Assembly: GCA_964035545.1 (NCBI GenBank)
Contig: OZ037765.1
Coordinates: 35,426,080-35,490,079, forward strand
DNA from: Bugula neritina
Lineage: Eukaryota; Animalia; Bryozoa
Length of the DNA: 64,000 nt
Direction of reading: 5' to 3'
The translations under genes and the position numbers were made by a program. The notes beneath the pieces were generated by a model. It was not told the origin of the DNA and did no database searches. It saw only the letters and a program-made list of their open reading frames with translations. Shown piece after piece: positions 62,479-64,000 of this stretch; position 1 is the stretch's first letter; each line of letters opens with the position of its first letter.

Positions 62479-63872
62479 ATGGTATTTGAAAAGCTGCCAA
62501 AAAGCCACTGCAACACCGGAGGAGCGAGTTGATTGAATTAAATTTCTAATTTAATCAAAAAATAACAATAGAACAAAATATAAAGGCAACAAAAACATAG
62601 CATTGGAATGTAACAAAACTTAACGGTAAGCAAAAATACTATTTGGCTTATCAGATATATTGCAAACCTCACTGTTAAATGTAGTGTAAAATGATTGTTT
62701 GGTTTGGCACCGAAACGAACCTAAAAGCGCACCTAGTCGACTGAGACAAGCAATGCAAGGTTCTGCACTGCATGAATCACCCGGCCTCTTTGCACCCTGT
62801 ATGAACCCCAACCCCTGAGCCAACTTTAAGTGTTTTGTATTTTACTGCAATTGTCTGCTCCTGTCGCTACATCTCCAACTTTCCCTCTGATCACTGGGCG
62901 TCACTATGATGATTTTCAACTTTCTGCTAACCCAATCCGCTAAATTGATATTGCTCTTAATTCACCACCACTCACTCGAGTTACCTTCGTAGCAATTTGA
63001 ATCTTTCCTATTTTAGCCTTGTAAAAATGTCTTGCAGTACTTGCTTGAGATTTATCATACACTGGATTTGTGGAAACTTTTTGTTGGTATGGATCTTGAG
63101 GAGTGACTTTTTTCAATTTTACTTCTGGTTCTTTCGGACAGCTTTTACACTTCCAAAAATAGGTTAAAACTTGAGCAGTATTTTCTTCACAATTCAGTAG
63201 TTTGTTGGACTCGTCTATTCCTACTGTGGAAGGAATGACAGGTTGGTTGCTGTCATCAGACTGGAGGTCATGCTCATCTGCTGAACTATCTGAAGTCTGC
63301 AGCAACAAATTTGTTGGATGCTCAGCGTCACCTTTGCTTTCCTCTTGCTTCACTTGCGAGAGACCTAACTGAGATCCAGATGGTTGGCTGGAACTTGTGC
63401 CAGACACTGACTGACTAACTTCACTACTCTGACCCAGTGTGGTATATTTAAGAGTGTTGCCATTAGCAAATCTTACGGAATCATATGGGCGCCATTATGC
63501 CGAGATTGGTATCGCGAGTTTATATAAGTTATAAAGGAAAAATTTTGCCACTTTTGTTATTTTATTTTTTTTCTATTTTATCTGTACATTTTTTTTAATT
63601 TTTTTTATTGGTAAAGTTTTTAAACACATTTTTAATGCACATAAAATTAAAAGAAAAATTAAAACTCAATCATGCACATAAATACAAAGCTATAAAGTTA
63701 AAGCTTCGCTGTGATTTTAATGTGAATATGAATTGAATAATGCTTGTAATAACCATTATACACAAAATACGTTACAGTTGCTATAAATGTAAGACTAGTT
63801 AATTGGATGCAAATAGGCACGGTAATACTACTTAATTTATGCTATTTTTGAATTTTGTATTAAATATTTGGC

Positions 63873-63983
<111 letters not shown>

Positions 63984-64000
63984 GATATTATTATATATAT

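Overview
Eukaryotic (invertebrate-metazoan-like) genomic DNA with GT-AG spliced genes. Most of the long ORFs in the supplied track are artefacts of intronic tandem repeats. By manual splicing I read four genes. (1) The 3' part of SZT2 (KICSTOR scaffold) on +, about 45 exons, 982-37114. (2) ISY1 on -, 37649-40418. (3) B4GALT7 on +, 43258-44378. (4) On -, 46728 to at least 61677, one continuous in-frame gene: five tandem 141-bp LRR cassette exons, a ROC GTPase-COR exon, a coiled-coil/acidic linker and a catalytically complete caspase (SHG, QACSG). This LRR-ROC-COR-caspase fusion, with duplicated and apparently diversifying LRR exons, is the best candidate for an undescribed system: a putative variable innate-immune or cell-death receptor. 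The second theme is that roughly three quarters of SZT2 introns carry their own private minisatellite, and about a dozen of these amplify the adjacent 5' splice site, sometimes in frame. Mobile DNA includes a 5'-truncated CR1/L2-group LINE with an intact ORF2 inside a satellite, three MITEs, a solo LTR and a decayed RTE-like LINE. All gene models are by-eye predictions without transcript or database support.
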